64,000 nucleotides of DNA from Minisyncoccia bacterium (GTDB taxonomy: Bacteria; Patescibacteriota; Minisyncoccia; Phycocordibacterales; UBA9973). Positions 29,246 to 38,458 of this stretch are shown one piece after another (the stretch's first letter is position 1; each line of letters starts with the position of its first letter). The notes under the pieces were generated by a model. It had not been told where the DNA came from. It did not search any database and worked only from the letters and a program-made list of their open reading frames with translations. The DNA lies in assembly GCA_038249055.1 (NCBI GenBank), contig JBBRWS010000002.1:14118-78117 (forward strand). Direction: 5' to 3'. Both the position numbers and the translations under genes were made by a program.

Positions 29246-29382
29246 ATGGATCCCGTAGTAGAAAATGGCATAGTTATTAAAACGGGATATACATATATAG
29301 AAACATTTTTTTACTAAAAGATTATTAAAATTAAAATAATAAATGGCTAACAAATAATGCCATTTTTCACTACTGGATGGAT
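29246..29382 (+). repeat. start-codon inverted-repeat element at ftsH with ATGGAT direct repeat
   Basis: ATGGAT-CCCGTAGTAGAAAATGGCAT ... ATGCCATTTTTCACTACTGG-ATGGAT. Confidence 0.85.
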
Positions 29383-31266
29383 AATAATAAACAAGAAAAA
29401 AAGCCAATACAACCAAAAACACCAAACCTCATGAATCAAATCATGATAGCGATATTTATATTTATGTGTATTACAGTTGCTTATACATATTTATCAAAAT
29501 CACCAGAAGATATTAAAAATTTAACTATTTCAGATGTTGCAAAAGGTATTACCTCAGGAACAATTGAAAAGATAGAAGTCGCTGGAAGTGAAGTAAATGT
29601 TACTTTTAAAGATAAGACGATAGGTAAAGCAAAAAAAGAAGTGGAGAGCTCTTTGTCGGAAACTCTTTTTAATTACGGAGTAACACCAACAGAACTTTCA
29701 TCTGCTCCAATTGAGATTAAAAATGAATCTGGTATTTCATACTGGCTTTTAAACTTGTTGCCATTTCTTTTGCCTCTCATAATTATTGGATTTTTTGTGT
29801 GGATGCTGACTCGACAAGTTAAAGGTGCAGGAATGCAAGCATTTACTTTTGGACAATCAAAAGCACGAATCACAGACCCAAATGATAAAAATTCAAAAGT
29901 TACTTTTAAAGATGTTGCTGGTTCAAAAGAAGCAAAAGAAGAATTAAAAGAAATTGTAGACTTTCTAAAAAATCCTAAAAAGTTTTTGGATATTGGTGCT
30001 CGTATTCCGAAAGGAGTTATCTTGACTGGCGCTCCAGGAACAGGAAAAACTTTGCTTGCTCGTGCTGTAGCAGGGGAAGCATCAGTTCCATTTTTTCATT
30101 TATCAGGAAGTGAATTCGTGGAAATGTTTGTGGGAGTAGGAGCATCACGAGTTCGTGATTTATTTAAAATGGCTAAAAAAGCCGCACCATCAATAGTTTT
30201 TATTGATGAAATAGATGCAGTGGGGCGTGTTCGTGGCACTGGAGTTGGCGGAGGAAATGATGAACGTGAACAAACTCTAAACCAAATTCTAGTTGAAATG
30301 GATGGATTTGAACCAAATGAAAAAGTAATAGTTATGGCTGCAACAAATAGAGCAGATGTACTTGATCCAGCACTTCTTCGCCCTGGTCGTTTTGATCGAA
30401 AGATTATTTTGGATTTACCTGACAGATCAGACCGTGAAGAAATTCTTGTAATTCATTCAAAGAAAAAACCTTTTGCTGAAGATGTAGATTTGAAAGTTAT
30501 TGCAGAGAGAACACCAGGATTTTCTGGCGCAGATTTATATTCTCTTATGAATGAAGGGGCAATACTTGCAGCCCGTGAAGACAGAAAAAAGGTTGCACAG
30601 TTTGATTTGATACGCTCTATTGAAAAAGTAATGATGGGCCCAGAGAGAAAGAGTCATTTACTTTCAAAGAAAGAAAAAGAAATTACTGCATATCATGAAG
30701 CGGGGCATGCACTCATTGCATCAATACTTCCATACGCAGACCCAGTTCATAAAGTTTCAATTGTTTCTCGTGGGCGTGCAGGTGGTTACACGTTAAAACT
30801 TCCACTTGAAGAGAGAAGACTGCAAAGTAAAAAAGAATTTTTAGATGACATTACAATGTCTCTTGGAGGTTATGTTGCAGAAGAAATGGTTTTTGGAGAT
30901 ATTACTACAGGTCCATCAAATGACTTACAAGTTGCGACCAACTTAGCTCGCGCTATGGTTACGAGATGGGGAATGAGCACTGAGATAGGACCTATTGCAC
31001 TTGAGAGTGATGGCGGACATGTAATGTTTGGACAAGGTGTGAATGAAAAAGAATATTCTGAAAAAGTAAGTTCTCTTATTGATTCTGAAGTTTCAAAGAT
31101 TATGAATGGCTCATTTGCTGAAGCAAAGAAAATTCTTTTAGAGAAAAGAAATGTTCTTGATATAATTGCAAAGAAATTAATAGAAGTAGAAACCCTTGAG
31201 CAAGCTGAATACAATGCATTAATAATTGCCAATGGTATTTTACCGAAGAAGAAAGAAGTAGAATAA
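29377..31266 (+). CDS. ftsH: ATP-dependent zinc metalloprotease FtsH
   Basis: 2 [25 protein letters not shown]. Confidence 0.98.
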   Translation: MDNNKQEKKPIQPKTPNLMNQIMIAIFIFMCITVAYTYLSKSPEDIKNLTISDVAKGITSGTIEKIEVAGSEVNVTFKDKTIGKAKKEVESSLSETLFNYGVTPTELSSAPIEIKNESGISYWLLNLLPFLLPLIIIGFFVWMLTRQVKGAGMQAFTFGQSKARITDPNDKNSKVTFKDVAGSKEAKEELKEIVDFLKNPKKFLDIGARIPKGVILTGAPGTGKTLLARAVAGEASVPFFHLSGSEFVEMFVGVGASRVRDLFKMAKKAAPSIVFIDEIDAVGRVRGTGVGGGNDEREQTLNQILVEMDGFEPNEKVIVMAATNRADVLDPALLRPGRFDRKIILDLPDRSDREEILVIHSKKKPFAEDVDLKVIAERTPGFSGADLYSLMNEGAILAAREDRKKVAQFDLIRSIEKVMMGPERKSHLLSKKEKEITAYHEAGHALIASILPYADPVHKVSIVSRGRAGGYTLKLPLEERRLQSKKEFLDDITMSLGGYVAEEMVFGDITTGPSNDLQVATNLARAMVTRWGMSTEIGPIALESDGGHVMFGQGVNEKEYSEKVSSLIDSEVSKIMNGSFAEAKKILLEKRNVLDIIAKKLIEVETLEQAEYNALIIANGILPKKKEVE

Positions 31267-31464
31267 AAATAATTACTGATTATCAGTTACTAGTTAATAA
31301 TTTTAAATCAAACAACCCCGAAGCTTCGCTTCGGGGTTGTTTGCAAATATAGTGTTTTTTCTGTAATATATGAATACCAACATATCCGCCCTTAGCTGTC
31401 TTGGTTCCTAAACAGTGGGTTTGATTGGTAAAAGAAAATTTTATTGTATTGTGAGTTTAACCAT

Positions 31465-31538
31465 CCGCCCTTAGCTCAGTTGGTTAGAGCACAGAGCTTA
31501 TACCTCTGGGGTCCTAGGTTCGAATCCTAGAGGGCGGA
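31465..31538 (+). tRNA. tRNA-Ile (anticodon UAU)
   Basis: Cloverleaf CCGCCCT/AGGGCGG; anticodon arm CAGAG-CTTATAC-CTCTG; T-arm CTAGG-TTCGAAT-CCTAG. Confidence 0.92.
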
Positions 31539-31578
31539 CAATTAAAAAAATCAGGGGTTACCCTGGTTTTTTTAATTG

Positions 31579-32005
31579 TCCGCCCTAGCAAGCAAACTAC
31601 TTTGCTTGCGTCTAGGATTCGAAGACCTTGAGCATGTATCATGAAATTTTAATTTCAGGATACGCGAAAGGTGTACAGAATCTGTAAGATTCGAAAAGCG
31701 TAATCGCGGTCCTAGAGGGCCAGAGCGTCTAGGATTCGAAAGACTTTTCATTATCAGCTTTGCTGATTGAAAAGTACCTGGCTACGTGGTAGCCGAAAAA
31801 TGTACTCATGGTCCTAGAGTATTATAAAAATAGAGGTTGGACGTCTCCCGTAGACGTACAACCTCTATTTTTATATGGTCCGCCCTAGCAAGCAAACTAC
31901 TTTGCTTGCGTCTAGGATTCGAAAACCTTTTCCTTGTGAGTGTACTCGCGAACGGAAAAGGTGTACTGGTCCAGTAAGGACCGAAAAGTGTACTCACGGT
32001 CCTAG
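31579..32005. repeat. tRNA-Ile-tailored structured repeat array (3 units plus a family A palindrome)
   Basis: Three CTAGGATTCGAA...GGTCCTAG units; two preceded by identical GTCCGCCCTAGCAAGCAAACTACTTTGCTTGCGT. Confidence 0.9.
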
Positions 32006-32150
32006 TGCATTTTATAAATTAGACTGCGAGGCGATTTAACCATTGACAATATGCATATAATTATGGTATAATAAAAATACAGTTTTATTACTTTGTATAT
32101 AAAGTATATAATCAAGGTAATTAAAAATTAATAATTAACTCATCTTATTT

Positions 32151-32468
32151 ATGAATGAAGAAACAAAAAATGGTTTAGATTTACAAATGTTTGTTGACCG
32201 TTTAGTTGAAGAGAAAAAATATCCAGCAAATTTAGAAAAGGAAGTTGTTGATCAGATAAAAAAAGATTTATTAAGCCAAGTAGAGGATGTAGTAAATATG
32301 GTTATCATTAGTAATCTCTCAGAAGAGAAGCTTGGAGAATTTAATGAATTACTAGATAAAGATATTTCAGATGCTGACATGCAAAAGTTTTGCTCAGATA
32401 GTATCCCTGGATTAGCTCAACTAATAGCAACAGAACTTATTGTTTTTAAACAAACATATCTTTCATAA
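32151..32468 (+). CDS. small acidic helical protein (DUF5663-like, CPR)
   Basis: LSEEKLGEFNELLD...IPGL pattern. Confidence 0.65.
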   Translation: MNEETKNGLDLQMFVDRLVEEKKYPANLEKEVVDQIKKDLLSQVEDVVNMVIISNLSEEKLGEFNELLDKDISDADMQKFCSDSIPGLAQLIATELIVFKQTYLS

Positions 32469-32501
32469 TTTTATTATTATTTATTAATTAAAATTTCAAA
32501 T

Positions 32502-35500
32502 ATGGATAATCCTCCTAAAAAAACTATAGATAACGAAAAGGACGAAAAGACCGATATGGTTGATACTGCTGATAAAACCGAGACATCAGTTAATACTGAA
32601 AAGACTGAAGACCAAATAAGAGAAGATATAAAAAAGAGTGCTTTAGAAAAAGCAAAAAAAACAGTTACAGTTGTAAATGTTGAAGAATTAGCCGAAAATG
32701 AAGCTCGTAAGGCTGCAGATGCAAACATGGCCGAGTCACATGGAAGCAAAAAAATTGGTTTTTTTAAAAAAATGTGGAAGCATACATTTTTTGATGAATA
32801 TTACAGACAAAAAGAAGTAAATAAAGTTCGTGAGGATATAAAAAATACAGGTAACATTTATACAGGAAGATTAGAAAATAAAGATAAAGTAGCTCACGAG
32901 ACTACAATGAAGGCGATTTCTGATCGCTTTACTTCCGAATATGAAGGGACACTTGCTGACGGAGAAGCTAAAAAAATGCTAGATGAAAAGGACCCAGAGA
33001 CTATACAAGCAAAAACTGACATAAAAAATTTACTTGATAGCTATGCTATGGGTAAAATAGATGATGAAGCTTTTAATACTGAAAAAAATAAAATTATAGG
33101 AGGTTTAAAGAAAGAAGATTTACTAGAAGGAGCAAATAATTATGCAGACAATCTTTTTGAGATTGCTCAAAATGCACGTCTAGCGGTAGAACACGGAGCA
33201 AAGATTGAAGAGTTAGAATACGACTTAGCGATTGTTGTAGGTAAAGCAAAAAGCAGTCTAAAAACAGAGGCTCATTTCAACTGGGTAGATCAAGGTATTG
33301 ATAAAATGAAAAAATCATACGTTGGTAGATTTATAAGCCCAGCCGTTCTATCTCTTGGTGTTGGTCTTGCTTATTCTATATCAGTTGGAGCAAGTAAAAA
33401 ATTAATGGCAAGTAAAGCAGCTGCATGGATATCACTAGGAGGTTCAGTTGCGATTTCTGCAGCATTTGCTGGAATGAACGAGAGTCAGCGTGTTGCACTT
33501 GAGAGAAAACAACATGGTATTGAAATGGCTGAAGGAGGTATTATTGAAGAAGGAGATAAACGTAGAGAGCAATTGGAAAAATATCAATATACAATGGAAA
33601 GTTCAAATGTTCTTGCTCAAAATTTGCGTGATTTAATGTTTGAAAAAGATAAAGATGGTAATGAAATAGTTAAAGATATTAAACCAGAAGATTTACAGAA
33701 AATCATGGCAAGTCTAAGTGAAATAGATGCACGTAAATCTCTTAACACAAGAAAGAAGATAGATCTTATTTCATATACAAATATTAGTAGTGTAGAAAAA
33801 GAAAGTACAGATCTTACTATTTTGACAGCCAGAGCTAAAGTGGAATTAAAGAAAAGACTTGATGGTGGTCTAAAAAGTGGATTACCAGAGGGTAAAGATT
33901 TTGATTCTTATTTGAAAGAACAAACTCAAACCATAGAAGATACTCTTCTTGGTGGTGAAAAAGGAATAAATTCTCATGATAAAGCTTTCAGAAGATACAA
34001 GGCAGGTCGTATTGCTAAAAAAATGGCACAAACTGCAGTCGCAGGTTTGATCATTGGAGGAACGATTCAAGAAGTATTTGCTTTCTTTAAAGATGATGTA
34101 CAGGGTCTTGCAGAAAGTATGTTCCATCAAGATGCTCATGCAACTATGCAGACACCCTTTGAAAGTATTAGAGGTTGGATTTTAGGCAATCCTTCTCATA
34201 TGGAAATGGGGAATGCGGTCCACGCTGTTTTCAATGGACATGATATAAATATTCCAGAAGGTACAAGTCTGGTTAATAATGCTGACGGAACTTTTGATTT
34301 ATTAAGAGGTGGTCATGTTGTAACAAGTCATTTTCTTCCAACATTTAATGCTGATGGTGGCTTAGATGCGGCTTCTGTTGCAAAATTAGGGCAAGATGGA
34401 ATTATTGCAACGGCTACTCATCAAATAATTGATTCTACAAAAGAAGTAACTGGTAATTCTCAAGAATGGTTATTGAATCATCCAGGAGAAACTATTAAAG
34501 TTGATCACAATGCATTTATGGATCAAAATACATCTATGACTCCCGACCAATTTCATCCTGGTCATTTAGTAGGAGCTGATGGTAATGAACCTCTTACTCA
34601 GTGGGGAGGTATAAATGGAACAGGTGTAAATGAAAATGGAGACACTGTAATGAATATTTCTCAAATGATAAAAGAGGGTTCATATCACGGAAATATTTCC
34701 GTGGATGTTCCAAAAGAATTAAATGATGGTAATTTGATGGCATTAATATTTCTTAATTCCACTCATGGTGCTGGTATACCAGTACCAATAGATGCAAGTG
34801 GAAATATTATTTTTGATCATAACAATCCGATAATGCAGCAAATATTTAGTCCTGGTCCTGATGGCCATATGGTGTCACATGCTAGAGTTATTGAAATTGT
34901 TCAAAAAATGGGGACAGATGCAAATGGAGTTGAGCATGTCCGTGCTCTTAGTGCTGTGGTTGGTGAAGGTCTAGATAAAATAAAAGATATTGTCCCTTCG
35001 CATCTTGATATTGCAATAAATAATTTAACTCCAACTCGAGGTACAGAAATGCCATTATTTGTCCCATTGGTTGCTCGCAGACCACTTGGAAAAATAATTT
35101 ATGGTCCAGATGGTAAACCAATTAAGCCAAGTCCTGAAGGTGACAAAGAGAAAAAATCTACTATTCAAACTGAAGGAGATAAAGATTTAAATACAATTCC
35201 AGGAGCTCCGATTGGAGGTGAAGAAAATAAAGATTTAAATACTGTAGCGGCTATTCCAGTAGGAGTAGGAGAGACAATTGAAAAACAAAAAACAATGAAT
35301 GAAATGAGCAAGGAGGAATACGACGCAATGTATGATGATTTAAAGATGATTAATTTGAGAATTCAATCAGCACAAGGAATTATTACCTTAGAAGAATCAG
35401 ATTTAAAATCCGCATACGGTAAAAAGAGATATATGGATTTAAAATCTATTGCTCCGGGTGTTCCTGTTCGTTTCAATAAAGATGAGCTAGAAATTATGGG

Positions 35501-36182
35501 TAAAGAAATTGAAGGTCTTTTAAGTAGTGCAAAAATAGTTGAAAAAGAAAAAGAGCTGACCGTAGAAGAAAAAGGAGGTATTAAATCAGACATAGAAATG
35601 TTAAATAAAGCGATTCAAAATTCACAAGGAATTATTGCTTTAAATGAGTCTTCATTTCAATCTGAATATGGAAAGAAAAGATATAGAGAACTTAAATCTA
35701 TTGCAGAAGGTAAGGGTATAACATTTAATAAAAATGAATTACCCCAAATAGCTACTGAAATGGAAGCCGTACTTCGAGGTCCCAGAAAAATAGAACAAAC
35801 AGAAGTTGTAAAAGCTCCAGAAGAAACTATTGTTGAAAAAGTAGTAGAACAAGCACCTTCAGAAAAAGTTGAAGAAAAAGTAGTAGAACAAACCGAAGTT
35901 AAAAAAGCTCCAGAGCAAGCACCTGCAGAAGAAGTTGCAAAAAATCTAGAAACAGAAAAATTATATAAGATTGAAGATTTATCAAAAATAGGAACAGTTT
36001 TTGAAGATAAAAACAATAGTTTTAAAGTTCTAGGGGTTACTAGTTTTTTAGGGATGAATAAAAAAATAAAAATTGAATACACTAATAAAATAACAGGAGA
36101 AAAGAAAACAGACTTCTATCCTAAGAAAGATTTAATAAAAGACTTTAATAATGGAGTTGTTAAGATAAAATCAGTAGAATAA
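32502..36182 (+). CDS. large membrane-associated protein with His/Gly-rich region and tandem C-terminal domain
   Basis: 1226 aa; hydrophobic hairpin near aa 280-325; duplicated ...YGKKRY..LKSIA...FNK.EL domain. Confidence 0.8.
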   Translation: MDNPPKKTIDNEKDEKTDMVDTADKTETSVNTEKTEDQIREDIKKSALEKAKKTVTVVNVEELAENEARKAADANMAESHGSKKIGFFKKMWKHTFFDEYYRQKEVNKVREDIKNTGNIYTGRLENKDKVAHETTMKAISDRFTSEYEGTLADGEAKKMLDEKDPETIQAKTDIKNLLDSYAMGKIDDEAFNTEKNKIIGGLKKEDLLEGANNYADNLFEIAQNARLAVEHGAKIEELEYDLAIVVGKAKSSLKTEAHFNWVDQGIDKMKKSYVGRFISPAVLSLGVGLAYSISVGASKKLMASKAAAWISLGGSVAISAAFAGMNESQRVALERKQHGIEMAEGGIIEEGDKRREQLEKYQYTMESSNVLAQNLRDLMFEKDKDGNEIVKDIKPEDLQKIMASLSEIDARKSLNTRKKIDLISYTNISSVEKESTDLTILTARAKVELKKRLDGGLKSGLPEGKDFDSYLKEQTQTIEDTLLGGEKGINSHDKAFRRYKAGRIAKKMAQTAVAGLIIGGTIQEVFAFFKDDVQGLAESMFHQDAHATMQTPFESIRGWILGNPSHMEMGNAVHAVFNGHDINIPEGTSLVNNADGTFDLLRGGHVVTSHFLPTFNADGGLDAASVAKLGQDGIIATATHQIIDSTKEVTGNSQEWLLNHPGETIKVDHNAFMDQNTSMTPDQFHPGHLVGADGNEPLTQWGGINGTGVNENGDTVMNISQMIKEGSYHGNISVDVPKELNDGNLMALIFLNSTHGAGIPVPIDASGNIIFDHNNPIMQQIFSPGPDGHMVSHARVIEIVQKMGTDANGVEHVRALSAVVGEGLDKIKDIVPSHLDIAINNLTPTRGTEMPLFVPLVARRPLGKIIYGPDGKPIKPSPEGDKEKKSTIQTEGDKDLNTIPGAPIGGEENKDLNTVAAIPVGVGETIEKQKTMNEMSKEEYDAMYDDLKMINLRIQSAQGIITLEESDLKSAYGKKRYMDLKSIAPGVPVRFNKDELEIMGKEIEGLLSSAKIVEKEKELTVEEKGGIKSDIEMLNKAIQNSQGIIALNESSFQSEYGKKRYRELKSIAEGKGITFNKNELPQIATEMEAVLRGPRKIEQTEVVKAPEETIVEKVVEQAPSEKVEEKVVEQTEVKKAPEQAPAEEVAKNLETEKLYKIEDLSKIGTVFEDKNNSFKVLGVTSFLGMNKKIKIEYTNKITGEKKTDFYPKKDLIKDFNNGVVKIKSVE

Positions 36183-36201
36183 GAATAAATTAATAAAAAA
36201 T

Positions 36202-36273
36202 AAAAATAGAGGTTGGACGTCTCAATCAGTAAGTTGACTTACTGGGTAAGGGGGACGTACAACCTCTATTTTT
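36202..36273. repeat. family A palindrome
   Basis: AAAAATAGAGGTTGGACGTC...GACGTACAACCTCTATTTTT with inner TCAATCAGTAAGTTGAC. Confidence 0.85.
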
Positions 36274-36335
36274 GTTATCCAAATTATATTAATTGACAGT
36301 AAATATTGATTAAAGGTATCATGGGTATATAAATT

Positions 36336-36497
36336 ATGACACCACAAGAAAAAGCAAAAAAAATTGAAGAGATATATAACGAAGCTATTAAAAAGCTTGA
36401 AGAACTTAATAAGGAACGTAAAGGGATTGTAGTGAATTATATAAAAGAGCTTGAAGTTCAAAAAATAAATGCGATTCGGGCATCTATGGGATTATAA
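36336..36497 (+). CDS. small coiled-coil protein (53 aa)
   Basis: Manual translation MTPQEKAKKIEEIYNEAIKKLEEL...; after a TTGACA promoter and 15 bp before the next gene. Confidence 0.7.
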   Translation: MTPQEKAKKIEEIYNEAIKKLEELNKERKGIVVNYIKELEVQKINAIRASMGL

Positions 36498-36512
36498 ATT
36501 AATTAACTTATT

Positions 36513-38045
36513 ATGAAGGAACAGTTCAACGAAAAAGATTCTCTGCAAAAAGATATAGAAAGTCAGACAACAGCAGAAGGTATAAAAAGTTTTATAGATG
36601 ATACCGAGGCATGGGGTGGTCATGAAGATATAGTTCTGTTTGCTAAAAAAAAGCTCGAAGATATTTCATTGAAGGCTAATGCAGCAGAACAAACAAGTGA
36701 ATCTCATATTGTTCAAATAAATGAGATGGAGGGAAGTGTGGTAGCAGTAGCAGAAAGAACAAAAAATATTGATAAACAAATAGAAGAGGTTAAAGCAAAT
36801 GCAGCAGCAGAAATTGGAAAAGTTGAGGCTATTGGAGCTGAGATAGGAGAGAAAAGCCCAGAAATAATAATAGATAAAAGATTACAAGAATATACCGAAG
36901 GTAATATTATAAAATTTGCAGAAGAAGGAAGACCTTACAAAGTAACAAAAACAGCAGAAGATAAAGGTTCTTATTATTTAGCGGAAATAGAAGCTATTTT
37001 AGAACCAGGAGAAGATTCTAAACACAAAGATCATAATTTTGTTGAATTAGAGAAAACAGAAAATGGATCAATTGGGAAAATACTTGCAAGACCTGATTAC
37101 TTATATAAACCTAGAGAAACACAAAAAGTAGAAGGAGAAAAAAATGCAGGAGAAGTAATAGAAAATAATATAAATAATAATGTTGCAGAACCAGAGAAGG
37201 TAGCAGAAGTTCAAAATGAAACAACTGCTGAGTCTGTTGTAGCTCCAGAGACTAAAGTTGAAAGCCCTGTTGTTTCAAAACCAGAAGCTGGACCAGAAAA
37301 AGTAATTAGTAAAGGGGAAGAAAGGTATAATAAAATTTCAGATACAATAACTACTCAAAAGAATAAATTTACAGGTTGGATAAGTAGAGGAACTGAAGGT
37401 CTTGGAAAATTTATTAAAAAGGGATTAATAGGAGCTTTGGAAGCACCAGAAGATATAACTCATGGTGTAAAAGTTGTTGGAAATAAAATAGTAGAAGAAT
37501 CAGGCTATATAAAAGATAGCATTGTAGCAGGAGCTACCATTGTTGGTAAAACAACAGTTGAAGGATTTAAATCTATGGGAAATGATTATAATAAATTTGA
37601 TAAATATAGAGGTGAAAAAGTTGAACAAATAGGAGAATGGGTAGGATTCAGTGCAGCTCAGGCTTATGAGTCAAGTTCAAATTGGATAAAAGAAAAGAAA
37701 ACAAAAACAGAAAATATTATTAATGGAGTTTCTCTTGCTACAGAAACAGTTTATGAATTAGCAAAAGATAAATCGATTGAAAAATTGGAGAATACAAGAG
37801 ATAGCATTAAAAAATCTTTAAAAGAACTTAAAAAACATGGTGAAAGCGCATTGGATACAGCTCGATTATGGGCTTGGTATAAAAAAGATGACTACAATAA
37901 AAAGAAGAATGCTATAAAAGAAGCATATCTTAAAAAGAAAGGAGAAATAGAATATAGTAAAATGCAGAAAATATTAGAAAAAAATGCTCAATTAAATCAA
38001 ATTGGGAAGAAAGGAGAAAAACTAGAATATAAAATAGCCGCATAA
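36513..38045 (+). CDS. hypothetical Lys/Glu-rich protein
   Basis: 510-aa ORF with amphipathic helical C-terminal half. Confidence 0.75.
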   Translation: MKEQFNEKDSLQKDIESQTTAEGIKSFIDDTEAWGGHEDIVLFAKKKLEDISLKANAAEQTSESHIVQINEMEGSVVAVAERTKNIDKQIEEVKANAAAEIGKVEAIGAEIGEKSPEIIIDKRLQEYTEGNIIKFAEEGRPYKVTKTAEDKGSYYLAEIEAILEPGEDSKHKDHNFVELEKTENGSIGKILARPDYLYKPRETQKVEGEKNAGEVIENNINNNVAEPEKVAEVQNETTAESVVAPETKVESPVVSKPEAGPEKVISKGEERYNKISDTITTQKNKFTGWISRGTEGLGKFIKKGLIGALEAPEDITHGVKVVGNKIVEESGYIKDSIVAGATIVGKTTVEGFKSMGNDYNKFDKYRGEKVEQIGEWVGFSAAQAYESSSNWIKEKKTKTENIINGVSLATETVYELAKDKSIEKLENTRDSIKKSLKELKKHGESALDTARLWAWYKKDDYNKKKNAIKEAYLKKKGEIEYSKMQKILEKNAQLNQIGKKGEKLEYKIAA

Positions 38046-38049
38046 TATT

Positions 38050-38409
38050 ATGAATATACAAGAACTAAAAGATTTTTTTATAGCTAGTGAATATTCTGAT
38101 GAGACAAAGAAAATAATAGCTGCTATTTTATCTGACAAAGTAGAAGCAACCCCCGAGATGATTTTTCAAATCAAGGAAATATTACAAAATGAACTCGATG
38201 CTGATTTTAAAGAAGCAGGAGTTGATATAACAGGTGATCCTGAAGCAGAAATAATTGAAAAAGAGTATGCAGAGGAATTGGATTTGATAGAAAAAGATTT
38301 AAATAGTGATATGGAATTTGTAGAGAAGGAATTAAATGAGTTAGATGAACTAAATACAAAAGTACAAGAAATTTCAGATGAAATGGAGGCAGGAGAAATA
38401 AAAAAATAA
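38050..38409 (+). CDS. hypothetical acidic protein
   Basis: 119-aa ORF, operonic, terminator at 38416-38457. Confidence 0.7.
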   Translation: MNIQELKDFFIASEYSDETKKIIAAILSDKVEATPEMIFQIKEILQNELDADFKEAGVDITGDPEAEIIEKEYAEELDLIEKDLNSDMEFVEKELNELDELNTKVQEISDEMEAGEIKK

Positions 38410-38458
38410 ATATAAAATTTAAAAGCGCCCCGATGAAAGTCGGGGCGCTTTTAAATTA

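Noticed and set aside
31579-32005. CRISPR array interpretation of the tRNA-linked repeats
   Set aside because: Irregular period, structured and mutually similar 'spacers', repeats derived from the tRNA, and no cas genes.
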